DNA of 20,930 bases. It comes from Octopus sinensis (Eukaryota). This document shows, one piece after another, positions 19,961 to 20,930 of the stretch. Positions within the stretch are counted from its first letter, which is position 1. Each line of letters begins with the position of its first letter. The notes below the pieces were generated by a model. The model was given only the letters and a program-made list of their open reading frames with translations, ran no database searches and was not told the origin of the DNA. The DNA is taken from contig NW_021823864.1 of assembly GCF_006345805.1 (NCBI RefSeq), positions 1-20,930 on the forward strand. The letters run 5' to 3'. A program made the position numbers and the translations under genes.

Positions 19961-20323
19961 GAACTGAAACCACAAAGTTGTAAGAAAGTTTCATAAACAC
20001 ACAACTATGCTTCCGCATGCGAGCAAGTAATGACCGTTACGCATATACATTGAAATAGGTACACTCATGCTATTACCATATACAGTCAATACGTCAGATA
20101 ACGCTTGCGTTTTAACTGCCTAGCACCGTCGGCGTCTAAGTGCTGAAACATTAAGAGAAAAAGGAATAACTCAATTAGGTCAAAAACATGTACTTAGATA
20201 AGCAAGGTAGTTAATGATGCACTGAATGATGCGCTGAAAAAAATATTGTTAACGAATCGATACTTAACTGGAGAAAGTAAACAAGCGTTACACCTTCTCA
20301 GAAAAATGGGGAGATACTTTCAA

Positions 20324-20461
20324 TGCAGGTGTGGCTGTGTGGTAAGAAGCTTGCTTCTCAACCACATGATTCCGGGTTCAGTCCCACTGTACGGCACCTT
20401 AGGCAAGTGTCTTCTGTTATAGCTTTGAATCCACCTGTGAGTGGATTTGGTTGACGGAAAC
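20324..20461 (+). mobile_element. Family-A SINE 5' part
   Basis: GGTGTGGCTGTGTGGTAAGAAGCTTGC...GGTTCAGTCCCACTG...GTGGATTTGGTTGACGGAAAC matches the head of 5596-5998. Confidence 0.85.
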
Positions 20462-20469
20462 CCGTTGTG

Positions 20470-20678
20470 TGTGTGGGTAGTAAAGAAATAGGTATTTCGT
20501 CTGCCGCTACGTTCTGAGTTCGAATTCCATTGAGGTTGACTTCGCCTTTCATCGTTTCGGGGTCGATAAATTAAGTACCAGTTACGTACCGGGGTCGATA
20601 TAATCGACTTAATGCATTTGTCTGTCCTTGTTTGTCTCCTCTCTGTGTGGCCCCTTGTGGGCAGTGAAGAAATAAGAA
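20470..20678 (+). mobile_element. Family-B SINE body unit preceded by the tail of a previous unit
   Basis: GTGGGTAGTAAAGAAATAG|GTATTTCGTCTGCCGCTACG...GAAGAAATAAGAAAT. Confidence 0.85.
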
Positions 20679-20930
20679 ATCGATAGACGAGTACCGACAA
20701 ACTGAGATATAGACAGGCAGACATATTTAATAACTAATGTCGCAGTGTCACACAGCTGTAATATTTGATATTGTTGCTGTTGTCAGGTAACTCAGGTAAG
20801 GCCCAATCAAGCAACCTATGATCAAATGTATCCCATATGTGACCAACCACTATTGGGTTTCACTGTTTCACTTTACAGCATATCTTCGATTGCGTTACAG
20901 GAAACGTTTTTTTTTTTTAATATTTTAGAG

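Noticed and set aside
19343-19972. AACTGAAACCA as TSD of the family-B trimer
   Set aside because: The left copy is separated from the SINE start by ~8 nt, so it is not a clean TSD.

Overview
Eukaryotic, repeat-saturated, non-genic DNA. It is probably from an octopus/cephalopod: this is inferred from the tRNA-SINE families, the RTE 3' end and the extreme microsatellite density, and is not verified by any search. I can support no intact host protein-coding gene, and nearly all ORFs in the track are translations of simple repeats. Contents: a rearranged and a fragmentary mariner relic; at least four tRNA-derived SINE families (some as tandem multimers or chimeras); a 5'-truncated RTE-clade LINE whose 3' UTR is expanded into a ~2.3 kb hierarchical tandem array; two R4/Dong-type LINE 3' ends; five MITE-like inverted-repeat elements; and one fold-back. 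The most interesting signal is a set of minimal hammerhead-ribozyme motifs of the type known from Penelope-like retroelements. Two unrelated ones (8126-8162 +, 13430-13467 -) carry the compensatory U3-A8 core (UUGAAAA instead of CUGANGA). One degenerate hammerhead sits in a 301-bp tandem unit otherwise built from mariner pieces.
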